Shown here piece after piece: positions 50,313 through 62,173 of a DNA stretch of 64,000 nucleotides. A program made the translations under genes and the position numbers. The DNA is taken from NCBI GenBank assembly GCA_044892525.1, contig CM097885.1, forward strand, positions 15,128,001 to 15,192,000, read 5' to 3'. The notes beneath the pieces are model-generated. The model was not told the origin of the DNA and made no database searches. It saw nothing but the letters and a program-made list of their open reading frames with translations. Source of the DNA: Schmidtea polychroa. Its lineage: Eukaryota. Each line of letters opens with the position of its first letter. The stretch's first letter is position 1.

Positions 50313-51899
50313 TACTAATATGTCAAACCTTGACCCATTTGACCCTTGTAAGATATCCATAAAATTATATTGTTAAAGTTATATAGATTTGTGAGAAATA
50401 TTTAACTCCACAAAAAAATGGTGCAAACCAAATAAAAATATTAAAATTAACAAAATTAAAAAATGTTAATTAAAATCAATATTTTTTTTTGAGTTAAGGA
50501 TATATGCAATTGAAATGAAAAAAAAATGAGTATGAATATAATAATTTTAAATTGATGGAGGTCAATAGTAGATATTATTTTTAAAAATATAAATAAATAA
50601 ATTTAATATAAGACAACAATCATGCCATTAAAGAAATAAAATTACATCAATTTATCTATTTAGAATTTTTAGCATTTTATGTATTCTCATTATAAATGTT
50701 ATTTAAACCCCTGTAGCGCTAAGATGCACATTTAAACATAATTAATAGTCACAAATATCAAATAATGAATTGTTGTAATAGTCATAGATTGTGATTGTGT
50801 TGTAATAGATATATTATTGTGATATTGCAATAATTATTTACAAATATATTTTACAGTGATATAACTTTCATATTTTGCGTTTTTTTTTCAAATTTTCAAA
50901 ATTAGGTGCCCGCAAGACCACTTAATAATATTTTTTAAATAATAATAATTCAGTGGTGAGTCATCGACTTTGTTTCAATGACCTTGGCGAGTCATCCGAT
51001 GAGTCCTGTCCTTGAATGAGTCATATGTCTTCGTTTAAAATTTTATCATTGAACATTTTTTTAAACTTTCCCATGGGGATGAGGTTTTGCGGGTACCAAT
51101 CCATCTATTACCTAGCAGCACCCCAACAGAATTCTAAAAATTACTGGGGGCATTTTGGTTCATGAGTTTGTTGGATACTTGCAACGACAGTTTCTCGGGA
51201 ACGAAAAAACAGGTAAATATTTATGATTTGTTTATGGGAAATTAGATTTTTTGTTTAGATTGGTAAGACACTATCTGCGACGATATCTAGATCTACTGAA
51301 TTTTCCCATCGATTCAGTGGAATTGTCAGGTTCGGCGATTTTTCTATAGACTTCGCCTATCAAGATCGATTGACGTGCTGAAACAAAGTAAGTAGGTTCT
51401 CATTTCATACGTAATGAATTTAACGTCAATTTTCCTTACAAGACTGTAGGTGCAAGGTATTCTACTGACCATACTCTATATCGAACATTTTGTGTCGAAC
51501 ATTTTCAGAAAAATCTGATGTTTTTCACGGGTTACAGGCATAACTTCTACAGCTCAAATTATCCATATTTGTTTGAGGTGTGGCACTAGAATTCAAAATT
51601 TATGAATAACTCCCCTCTTTACACTCGATGAATGAATAAACCAAAGTTTCTGATTTGCTGTAAGGCATCCTTTAAATCACGTAAAAATATATTTAGATTT
51701 ATTCAAACTTGCAAGTATAACGACAAATGAAGATTCAAAAATGATTGGAGCAAATAATGTTATGGGACACAGAAACAAGCTAATTAAATATCGCAGTATT
51801 ATATACCAAGAAATCTGGTAGGTAAAAATTTGGGGTTTGAAAATGTTATGGTCATTGTAATGCCTACAGTAAACTTTATAAAAACTAACGGACTGAATC

Positions 51900-52350
51900 A
51901 CTTAGAGTTCAGAATCTTTTTTGATGAAATCGATGCTGAATATAATGATTTATTGCACTACTGAGAAGTTCTTTGGCCAAGCTGAGACTAATTTTTGACT
52001 AGATTCATGTTACTTTTAAAAGAAATCAAAAGTTTCTTAGTTTACTAAGAAAATCTATCGATATTATGGAAGATTCTCAATGGCCGTGTGATTTAGCTTT
52101 CCTGTGGATTTTACAACATACCTTAATGATGTGAATCAGCGATTACAAGGTAAAAATCAGAATTTCTCAGATTTAGAAACCAATATATCAGCTTTCCGGA
52201 AAAACTTGAATTATTTCATACACGGCTGAAAGAAAATAGGTTTTGCCACTTTCTGCACTGCAAAGAAACGTTTCATTCACGTGATATTGATTTTAGCCTG
52301 AAGTATGCTTGCCCCATTATCCGTATTTAAGAATCTTTTGAAAGGAGATT
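51900..52350 (+). pseudogene. Highly degraded hAT transposase fragment
   Basis: Pieces resembling EIDAEYNDLL.Y.EVRW and CDLAFL.D...LN.LN..LQGK. Confidence 0.5.
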
Positions 52351-53352
52351 TTTGGGATTTTAGTCGTGAGCAAAACCTGTTTAAAATTTACAGTTAGATT
52401 TGATTGGTCTACAGAAATTGACAATGGATATCTTATAGTCGAAAATTTTTTAATTTATATTAAATATGCTATTTGTAACAAAGGGCTTAAATTATCATTT
52501 AATTGTTTAAAATTTAATTCATGCTGCTACCAAAAAAATCATCACTTTATAATTATAACACCCTTAATTATTAAATTGTATTATATTTAATTTCCACTAC
52601 CACAAGTGACAATTTGCAAAAAAATTAATTCCAACACTGCCTATTAAACACAATATATAAAATGCCAAGTAAAGCTGAAAATGATGAAATAGCAAAAAAG
52701 AAATTTAACTTAATATTTTATTTATTATTTGTCAGTAAAACTTAGAGTATTGAATAAACCAATTTTATTATGCTTAAAACGAAAATTATATAGAGAATTA
52801 AATTTATAATATTTTTAGTAATTAAAGAAGTCGTTAATGACAATCGATAATGGTAATATTTAAATAATTAAGATAAAAATATGAAATTTTTATTTTCACA
52901 AAATTTATCTTTTCAACCATAAGCTGTCGTAAGTTATTCATTTGATCGATTCATGAAAAGTAACACAACTATTAAAGGTTTTCAACTAAAAGAGTGTTTC
53001 TTTGGTTCATGAATATAATATATTTCTATATAAAATAAATGTTTTTTTCCTCTCAAAATATTTCGACGTTTCGAATTTTAAGATTATTGGTCTACCGATT
53101 CAATATTAGAAAGAAATTTATTCGGCCAATATATCACCAGATTGTTGGGCTGAGTCGAAAAGTATATAGGAAACTAGGAAGTAAGAAACTAAATAAAATA
53201 AAAACAAAAACAAACAAACTTAAAAATAAACAATAATCAAACATATGTTGGTGTATGTAGGGGGAAAGATCAACATTATTATCAAACACTCAAATCGTCA
53301 TCGTTCAATTCGGCCTTTTCCCGACATACATCCAAATGATCTTGCTAATATT

Positions 53353-53491
53353 CCGACGCATGAGCCCGTGGTGATGTTCCACGTTGGTGCTGCCCACACG
53401 GGTCGGAAGAGGTTAGCAGGTGAGCCTCTGCCTTAAAACTACTCCTAACCCCTTCTCGGTTCAGGTTCCTAGGCGCCTTGGAAGGACTTAC
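53353..53491 (-). ncRNA. Conserved two-hairpin cis RNA motif, copy D
   Basis: GGGGTTAG/CTAACCTC outer stem, ACCTG bulge; second hairpin with AGCACCAA bulge and CGTGG/CCACG. Confidence 0.65.
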
Positions 53492-54539
53492 CCATTTCCA
53501 TGCTCATACTCGGTCCAACCCTGGTCCAAGGGGTCGACCTTCATTTCATGGCATGTATTCAGTTAATAAATCAATCCATGCGTTTTACTCACCATTCTCA
53601 CAATTAAATCAACCAACATCAAGGAAATTATATTATTTGCATCACACGCTACAGGTTATTGAAGACAAAACATCTTACACTAATGTTTAATATAATATCG
53701 ACCAAAAACACTGATGAGTTGTCATGCACATAAGGATTGGTTAGTAAGCCTATTAGGAACAAGAGGTCGACACTGTCGTCACGTTAGGTCCTCAGAAGGC
53801 TTCTCCGTCGGCGAACACTTCGTCTATGTCTACGGGATATCGACGGTCCGCAAGATACTTGATTCCATCGGCCGGAACCACTCTAAATATTTCCTTGGCC
53901 GGAATCACATGGGAGGCTGAGATATCCTTAATAGTGGACTGGGCCACATCTACTATTGGAAATAACAAGATTCACTAAGAAACGATCAAATCTTCGCGTT
54001 GATGTTGGAATATATAACGATTTCCTCTGAGCTTTCCTATGCAATTTCTCTCTTTTACCGAGCTAGAAGGCTACTATTCCTCCATGGAAAAGTTGTCAAG
54101 ACATCATCGATCTCACTCGGCGAAGAAGCTCCTCTCGACTCGATCATTATTATCGACCAGATGTCCTCACCCCTCCTGACCCACCCAAGAGTGGCATACA
54201 TCTCTGTCACCACTCTTGGACCGTCAGGAAGGACGATTCTATCTCTACCCAACTCCCATCATAAATATATAGTGAACGATTATCAAAAAAAAATGAATTA
54301 CATGATTTGCTAGATGGATTTACCTATATAAAAAGATTATTTACCTGGCGACCACGCCGTCTGAATTTCGAACATGATGCCATATCGTAGTATCCATCCT
54401 ATTTTTACTGCTTCATTTCCAGTGAGGTCTCATTTATTCAGATCCTCAATTCAACGTCTTCACTGCTTATCGTTCATTCATAGGCATTTCCATTCATTCG
54501 AGTAAAGGATTATATATTAAACCGAATATCGAACCCACG

Positions 54540-55031
54540 TGCAATGAAAAAAAATGTTAAAATCGCTGTTCAGCAAATAGGATATAATATAATAAACCTT
54601 ACACAGAGTTCAACAGCCGAAGGAACAGCGGCAAATAGATCTGTCAGCAAGCGACCAAGATGTTATATTTGCCCTCGATCCGCTGATAAGAAAACAGGAA
54701 CAAGATGTTATGTTTGTAATCAGCCATCTTGCAAAACACATAAAAACCGTTTGCATAAATTGTATCAACGAAGAAGTAATGGATTCGCTCGAAGAAGAAA
54801 ACAATGAAATTATGTCAGACGATGCGTCTGGTTAATTTTTTTTATGTAATATAATATAATTTAAATTATCTTAATCTTATATATTTTGAATAAAAAAGTT
54901 TTTTTCATTAATTAATAAAAATAACATGACTATTTTTTAACAAAAAGATCATAAAAAGCATTAAAATATATATGGGGTCGGGTTGACCCCATGCACAGAC
55001 TATGGAAAATTTACTATGCACAGACAGAAGG
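54540..55031 (+). mobile_element. piggyBac 3' remnant (Cys-rich domain + terminus)
   Basis: RCYICPRSADKKT..RCYVC...C..H; subterminal GGGGTCGGGTTGACCCC; ends AAGG|TTAA. Confidence 0.75.
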
Positions 55032-58000
55032 TTAAAAATAAAGCATTTTAGTTAATTCTCTTTACACATATATATATATATATATATATATATCAATCAT
55101 AAACATAAGAATTCATTCATACTATTTACTACAATGATTTCTTCGAGAGTATTGAAACCAAGATCTATGAATTTTTCCCTTTTTCCTAGTAAATCGTATG
55201 GTTAGTTTTGCTGAAATTTCGATCGCTGTCTATTGAATGCTATATAAATGTTTGATGAATAGTTCTGGAAGGTTTTCGTATATCCTAGTCTGGTAGGTTC
55301 TGTTAGTAAATTGAATGAATATCGTCCCTGTAGAGTATAGCGGTTAAATGGTACTTAAAAATAATGGAATTTTACCTGTAGAATATAGCGGTTAAATGGT
55401 ACTCTACAGATATTCTTCATTGCTTATATACTATTTTTCGTCCAATCAGGACGCGACTAGTGTGTAATATTATTGTTTATTATTTTTATGTTTTTTAATG
55501 TAATATGTTAGATTTTAGCGACTTCTCTTATTTTTATTATTATTTTATTTATTTTCCTATTTTTTATTATCTTTCTCCTGTTTTTCTTATGACTTTATTG
55601 TTATTCGGTTATAATATAATTTTTTGTTTTAATTACTTCATATAAATATTTGAAAATGGTTTTATTTCTATTTTATTCCTAATATCTTGTTTATTTTTCT
55701 TAAATTTATTATTTTATTTCCTTCCGCTATCATAGGTGTTAGGTAATTTTCTTTTTCGTCTTACTTTTCGTCTTATGAACTTTATTATTTTATTATTTAT
55801 ATTTATTCCCTTTATTTTCTTTTATTGTTGTCTAATTTAATTGTTCTTATAGTTTCTGTGTTTTTTTTCGGGAAATTTATTTTATCCTTTTTTATTTATC
55901 CTTAACCTGGTTCTCAATACTCTCGAAGCTTGGCCCAACACATAAAAGAAACAATCAACTAAGAAAATAAGAATTAAAACAAAAAATAAAATTAAGAAAA
56001 TTTAAATAGGAAAATATAATGACGCATAAAATAACGAAAAATGCAATAAATAATCAGGAAATTAATAAAACAAATAAAAAATATAATAAAAATAAAGAAA
56101 ATTAAGGAAAATAACAAAAAAAAACAGGAAAAAGTAAACTAAATTAGAAAATAAGCGGTACTCAATACTGATTGGTCCGCACAAATGAAAAATTACTATA
56201 TAAACTGGCATTAAACCCTCACAATTACAGTTAACAAAAAATTCTACTTAGGTAAGGAACAATGTAAATTATCAACAGTTAACAAAAAATTCTACTTAGG
56301 TATTACCAGCAATAGACAGGAACTCCAGTTACGAATCATCGACAAATTTCGAATAATATTCAATCAGATCCAGTACATTTCGACTCAGCCTTCAAATCTA
56401 TCGAACAATTTGGTAAGGGAATTTTTTAATTATTACTACTTTCGTATCGTAATGTTAATTAGATAAAATTAATTTGTAATGATACTATTTCTTTTCATTT
56501 GATCTAGAAAATTTTTGGTAAATGTCGTTTCTATGCTTAATAAACGTATTATTTATAAACGGTTATGATTTATTTTATAATGGAATGATTAACAAATTTT
56601 ATGATTTCAACTTGCTGAGGAACGTGGAGTTGAGACTTTTCATACCATGGTGTGAGGGGCCTTCGGGTGCTCAGCCGGTGGGTATGAAATGTTTCAATCA
56701 CGCAGCTGATTCGGGCCGAAATGTGGGGGCTTCCTCACGGGTCCGTCGCTGAAGGTGCGACTAAATTATATGAAAAGATTACTCTAGAAAGGTGGTAGTT
56801 ATACAGTGATTAGAAGAGTAGATGTATAGAAGAGTTTTTGAGAATTCGCACAGTGATTGAGGGGGTCACACTATTAATTCGTAGGGTCGTCTTTGTGAAC
56901 TTTATAACATCTCGGTTATCTGAAAAATCCATACAACGATTCCTCGAATTCGTCTAAAAATTGGTGTCATCTCATAGCATACATCACCTAAAGGCATAAT
57001 CCTACGAAAAATGATTCCTATAACTTTCATTTTCCAGAACTCCGTAAACGTATTTTATCATATATCTCTTTCGCGCGTGCTTGATTTTGATAAATCTGTC
57101 AAGGTCGTATGTTAAAGTAAATTCCAAAAATTAACTAATTCTAAGAAGTACAAAAATACCACTAAATCCAATTTAACGAAATTTATTTCCCACAAAGAAA
57201 AACAGTTCAGCACAATATCTACCCAATATATCGAATATATAATGTCTGAGACTTAATTACGAACATTTACGATAATCCATCCAATTTAGAAAATTCCAAT
57301 CCGGATAGAGCACAGCGAGTAGTTGAAAATTAGCTTTTTTCTTTATTGTCTTCTATCGATCATCGAGATATTCCGTAAAAGTCCAACTATTGATGCTAAC
57401 GATGAGAAAAATTCCATATTGAGAGATAGCAGCAGTAGTAATGGAAAATTTCTATAACCGATCGTGCGGTGAGAGTCAGATAACATACGAATGACGAAAC
57501 GTCTGGGAAAATAACATCAAATGAGATAAAATCACAAAATTCATTTTGAGTAACGATCGGCAGCACGCAAGTTCACATTAGATAGGGCAGAGCAGAATAC
57601 ACACAGTAGGAGTAATTCCACTCAAGCACCAGACAATTTCGCCATGAAAGTCACAATTACACACACCGATTCACAGCGACAAATCAACATACAAGCATAT
57701 TAGTAGTCCCAGCATACCGCTGATGATAAATGGATAAACGAATTCACACCCACTACACGCTATGACTGCTATCGGTAAAGATCCAGCTATTAAAATCTCC
57801 TTCACATGCCATTCAGTGTTATCTCGAGTAGATGAGAACTAACCTAGTAGATTTGATCAGTAAACGTTAGATTCCTAGCACTAGGCAGATGTTCTGATTT
57901 CTTCAACATTTATACAAAGTTTATCAAACACGTCTGGTTAATTTCACTATTATCCTCTTCACATTGAACTAACCACAATAGGTCGCTAAATTATGATGTA

Positions 58001-58567
58001 ATAGTAAATCACTTGTTTAATGTTAAATGAATAATATAACAATTTTGTTTTTAAGTAAATTCTAATTAAATCTCAATCGTGCAATAATCCTATTCGGGGC
58101 TTATATCATTTAATTTATAGTTTTATTAAAGGGGGCATATAAATTTTCGAATTACTGATACTGAGTAACCCACTAAGATTTCGACTGAATGTATGTTTGT
58201 TTTGATGACCAGAATATTATTGTCCTACCACTATTAGCTTACCATCATTAATATTGCTAAGCGTTATAAACCCACAAATCTTCAGGTATAAAACATTGTC
58301 GAGATGACCAGTGCGGTTTTAGTATCATTGTTGGTCTACCATGCGATTTAGTATTTGAAGAGGGAAAATTAGGAGTTATTAATTATACTCATCTGTAGAA
58401 TTTTGATATTAGGGTGGTTTGCATTCGTCAGGTCAATGTTATCTAATTAATTGAATTATCTTTAAATAATTTACAAAGTGGAACCGATTCGTCAAAGGGG
58501 TTCTTTTTCTTTTGTCTGTCGAGTATCCGAGAGTAGCTAGTTAGTCATGTTCGATTTATTCTGAATA

Positions 58568-59230
58568 TTGCATATTCTATATCTCAATCTTACCTTTATA
58601 GCTATCATGATGCCAACTGCGAAGCCCGTGTTACGTCCATGCTTCTCCTGCTCGGATAAAAACGCAATCATCAAGGACCTACAGACCCAGATTGGGCGAT
58701 ATAAAAAGAAAATAGATGAATTAGAGGGGACATGGTTTAGTCCCGCTCAAATGAAAGAAACACAGAAAAAGCTATACCGTAGCGAACATTGTCGGGACGC
58801 TCTAATCTCCGAGAGCCGTTCCAAAAGAAGTTTGATAAAGGAGCAGTCCGAAGCGCTGCACAAAGTACACCTGCAGGCAGCGACCACTAGGAAAATAGTC
58901 AGAATTCCCATCAATGAAGCCGACAATCTCTTTCCGGCACACCACGACACTTCTTCAAAGTCGTCGCCTCCTTCTAAGAAGTCTTGCCAAGAGTGCATAG
59001 AGACTCAGCTCTCGCCCAAACAACCAGACGTCATTTTCGTGGGAACAAGTAAAGCGCCACCTACTATCGCTTCTACATCCACTATACCTCCAACTAATCC
59101 AACGACATCCAAGCCAAAGCGTCGGCAATTATCAAGAGCCGAATGTAAAAGGAAGCAGCGGGAGCGAATAACCACCAAGCAGAACACACAACCAACGGAA
59201 ATTGTAGCCAGGCATATGCATCTCACCTTT
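58568..59230 (+). CDS. CxxC/coiled-coil LTR ORF, copy E, truncated by the viral insertion (likely start at MMPTAK)
   Basis: RPCFSCSDKN...EGTWFSPAQMKE...EHCRD...CQEC...KRRQLSRAE. Confidence 0.75.
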
Positions 59231-59262
59231 ATAAATACGAGGTTTCATTTTATAATTTCAGA

Positions 59263-60165
59263 ATGACTGATAATATTCTAAATACTTTTGTAGAAAAAAT
59301 TAAATTGTACTTAAACAAACCAAACGAAACTTACCCAGAATATATTTTACCTGAATATTTCAATAGATTTTCAGACACACCGAAGGCATATATCAAAGAA
59401 GATAGTGAAATTTATTCACTATACAAACACTATTATAACGAATTTCATCCGCTACTGATTGGTCCACACTCGGTCAAATTAGCATTCGTATTAGATTCAT
59501 TTGCTGGTAAGTTTAGTTTATATGAATATTTTATTATTTAAATATTAGATTTAGATTTTCAAAACGACATATTAGAATTATGGGATCTAGTAATCATGAA
59601 AAGGACGATGAGGGTCAATCAAATACCAATCTCTCCAATGATGGACGAAGTCATGAGAGGAAACGAAGGAGACATTCTTCTCGAAGACATAAACGAACTC
59701 ATCACAAACGACATTCCAGCATACAAGAAATCTCTAGCGACAGTCAAGAGCGGTCAAGTAGTATATCTACCGTACTGTCTGGCACATCTGTGTCCGATAT
59801 GCGAACTCCTTCGAAGACTAGTTCGATACCTAAAATCAAGCGACCTGCTAAGCACGTTTCCCGCAAACATTCGAGCAGGAGACACAATGATTCTCAGCAT
59901 CGTGATATACCAGCTATCAAAGATGTTACTGAGTTGGTTTCAGATAATAAAGCTCAAAATAATCATCCGGAACGAGCAAGAAGATTTAATTCCTTCAAAT
60001 TTCAAGTATCTGTTAACAAATATCGATCTTTGGAGCCGGAGCTTAAAAAGCTCATGGAGGACAAATCCTTCACAAGATTCGTTACAGGTCAAGAAGAGGA
60101 AGGTGATAATGGATATCACCATATGCAAATGTATTGGGAGGTATTATTTATTTTATTCAATTTAG
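59263..60165 (+). CDS. Spliced accessory ORF (exon 59263-59506, exon 59555-60165) overprinting Rep
   Basis: G|GTAAGT donor at 59507 and TTAG acceptor at 59554 (or 59548) join ORF 59263 in frame to ORF 59596. Confidence 0.6.
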
Positions 60166-60999
60166 ATATTAATGGAATAAAATTAATAATTACAGATTTA
60201 CAACAATATGTCAGTATATGCCTTTAGGGCAAAGACGGATATTCCCTTTGTCAGAGGAGTCGCCGGAGTCGAGCGTCAATCCGCTATCGAATATGCAACA
60301 AAACCTGAGTCTCGAGTTACAGGAGGACTATCTGTAAACATAGGAACTCAAAGTAAATTCAATTGTGCTTCTAATACAGATTACTTCAAACAAGCTCTAA
60401 ATTCTGCCTCGATGAAAATAGGATTAGAAATATTAATGCAGCACGAAGCATTCCATTACACAACAAAACGAAAAACAATAATGGAAACTTTCGTAAATAA
60501 ATTCGGACAATCAACTATGCCAAATTTTAATGACAATTTCATGATTGACAAAATAAATTTACTTGACTGGAAGAGCCATATTTTTGTTGGAGAATCTGGC
60601 ATTGGTAAAACAAACTTTGCCTTGTCACACTTCAAGAATCCTGTTCATTGCAAGCATCTCCAAATGCTTAACAGAATATCCGATAATGTAGATAAATGTG
60701 ACGGTGTAGTTTTTGACGATCTATATTTTAATAAAACAAGAATAGAAGAATTTCTTTCATTGGTAGATTGTGCATATGAAAATGTCATAAATATCAAGTA
60801 TTCGGTAGCTGTTGTTCCAAAGGGATTACCCAGAATATTTTGTATAAACGATTTGGACCTATTTTACCCAGAATGCATTTCTCCAACAATTATGGAAGCT
60901 GTACATAGAAGAATAAAAATACATCATTTCCGAGGCAGGATATTTAGAGAATACAAATCTGAACAAGTAAAAATTTTGTTATATTATTTTTTAAATTAA
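59580..60999 (+). CDS. rep: Rolling-circle Rep (HUH endonuclease + SF3 helicase), exons 59580-60140 and 60196-60999
   Basis: Motif I-like FKFQVSVN, motif II HHMQMY, motif III YATK, Walker A GESGIGKT, Walker B VVFDD, motif C RIFCIN, Arg finger AVHRR; a 55-nt GT-AG phase-0 intron joins the halves. Confidence 0.85.
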
Positions 61000-61171
61000 T
61001 TATTAGACAATGAAACATCCATATCTGATACCGAGCCAATGTCCCAACCAAAGTGTCGATTGCTCAGTATCCAGTGCAAATCATGTATGAAGTTCATGCG
61101 AATTTACTTGGGAGTGTGCAATAATAGTTTTTAATGTTTAATGTTTTATAATAATAAATGTTTATAAACAG

Positions 61172-61840
61172 TTAAAAGAAATTCTTTATTTTATCAAAAA
61201 TATCATACTTAACATCATTCAATACATTTATATCTTCAAATACATTTATATGAGTATTAAATTCGTATGCCTTTTCTACAACAATATATAGGGAACGATT
61301 TTTAAGAGCTTGTTCATGTTCAGAGGCATATTTCCATATAGGATGATTATTGGATATTATACATGGGCAATTACTTAGTTCAATTTTTGAATCACCTTTA
61401 CGAGAAACTTTTAGAAAAATATTACCTTCACATAATAACTTTAATAAATTAACATTTTTGAAATCGCAATATATTTCTTCTCCAATGATAATTTCTTTTC
61501 CGACACAATCATCGAAACAAAATTCACTTTGAGTTTGTGCACCAGTAAAAAATCCATGTTTAAGAGTCCCACGACAAATTGCAGTAAATAATGTTTTTCC
61601 ACCATTACTTGCACCTTCTAATATAATCGTCTTGGTCTTTCCGGCTTGAGACGATAAGATTGTATATATCCCAAGAAGACGACGAATATATTTTTCATTT
61701 TCTTTAGGGATAATGTGACGATTTTCAGAAATAAGTTTATTAATTTGTCGATTGTGATCGCTGTTAAAATGGAAATTATTGTTATTAATAAAAGCTTCCA
61801 TAAAAGTTGATAATTCATTGTATAACAATAGCTTATTCAT
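61172..61840 (-). CDS. Stand-alone parvovirus NS1/papillomavirus E1-like SF3 helicase domain
   Basis: Walker A GASNGGKT, FCFDDC...IIIGEE (Walker B), KLLCEG...VSRK (B'), PCIISNN (C), ALKNR; no nuclease domain. Confidence 0.85.
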   Translation of the reverse strand: MNKLLLYNELSTFMEAFINNNNFHFNSDHNRQINKLISENRHIIPKENEKYIRRLLGIYTILSSQAGKTKTIILEGASNGGKTLFTAICRGTLKHGFFTGAQTQSEFCFDDCVGKEIIIGEEIYCDFKNVNLLKLLCEGNIFLKVSRKGDSKIELSNCPCIISNNHPIWKYASEHEQALKNRSLYIVVEKAYEFNTHINVFEDINVLNDVKYDIFDKIKNFF

Positions 61841-62034
61841 TAGACAATGAAAGATAATTGTAATATGTGTGTATAAATATTATTGATTATTTGTGTTTTA
61901 TGACTCATCTTAAAAATATTATAGTAAAGTAAAGGCATTTATTACTATGCCATTCTTGGATAACCCATCTGCCTGTACTTTACTATATATATTTTAATAA
62001 ACTCCCACGCAGTCATGTGTTTTGCGGTGTGCTT

Positions 62035-62173
62035 CTCTCATAGACTTGGTAAGAGAGGGGTGTCGGGGGGCCCCTATATCTATAGCACGCCATGGCGTGC
62101 TTATTAATAAACCATGGTTTATTATGAGATATAGGGGCCCCCCGACACCCCCCTCTTACCAAATCTATGAGAG
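62035..62173. repeat. T-shaped terminal hairpin (inverted repeat with two internal palindromes)
   Basis: 47-bp arms 62035-62081 and 62127-62173 (2 mismatches); palindromes GCACGCCATGGCGTGC 62085-62100 and TAATAAACCATGGTTTATTA 62105-62124. Confidence 0.95.

Larger units (their letters stand above)
53246..55940 (-). mobile_element. Solo LTR unit D (internally deleted) nested in unit E
   Basis: Ends TGTTGG...CCAACA; 4-bp TSD CATA at 53242-53245 and 55941-55944; the A-rich U3 of unit E resumes on both sides; CCAATCAG 55442, CTTATATA 55423. Confidence 0.9.
59231..62173. mobile_element. Endogenous ssDNA-virus-like element (PEVE-like; CRESS Rep + second SF3 helicase + T-shaped hairpin)
   Basis: Host LTR ORF homology stops at about 59231 (IVARHMHLTF vs IVAVRSPPTF) and resumes right after the hairpin (TWEENASEIFDLEELLAD vs TWEEDARDFFDLDMIFAG); ambisense helicase genes lie between. 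Confidence 0.85.

Noticed and set aside
53711-53760. Hammerhead core CTGATGAG
   Set aside because: No stem II plus GAAA and no cleavage triplet in suitable positions
56405-56420. Primer binding site TGGTAAGGG (also near 43940)
   Set aside because: Lies inside the TSD-defined LTR, matches no tRNA 3' end I can recall, and fits a splice donor better
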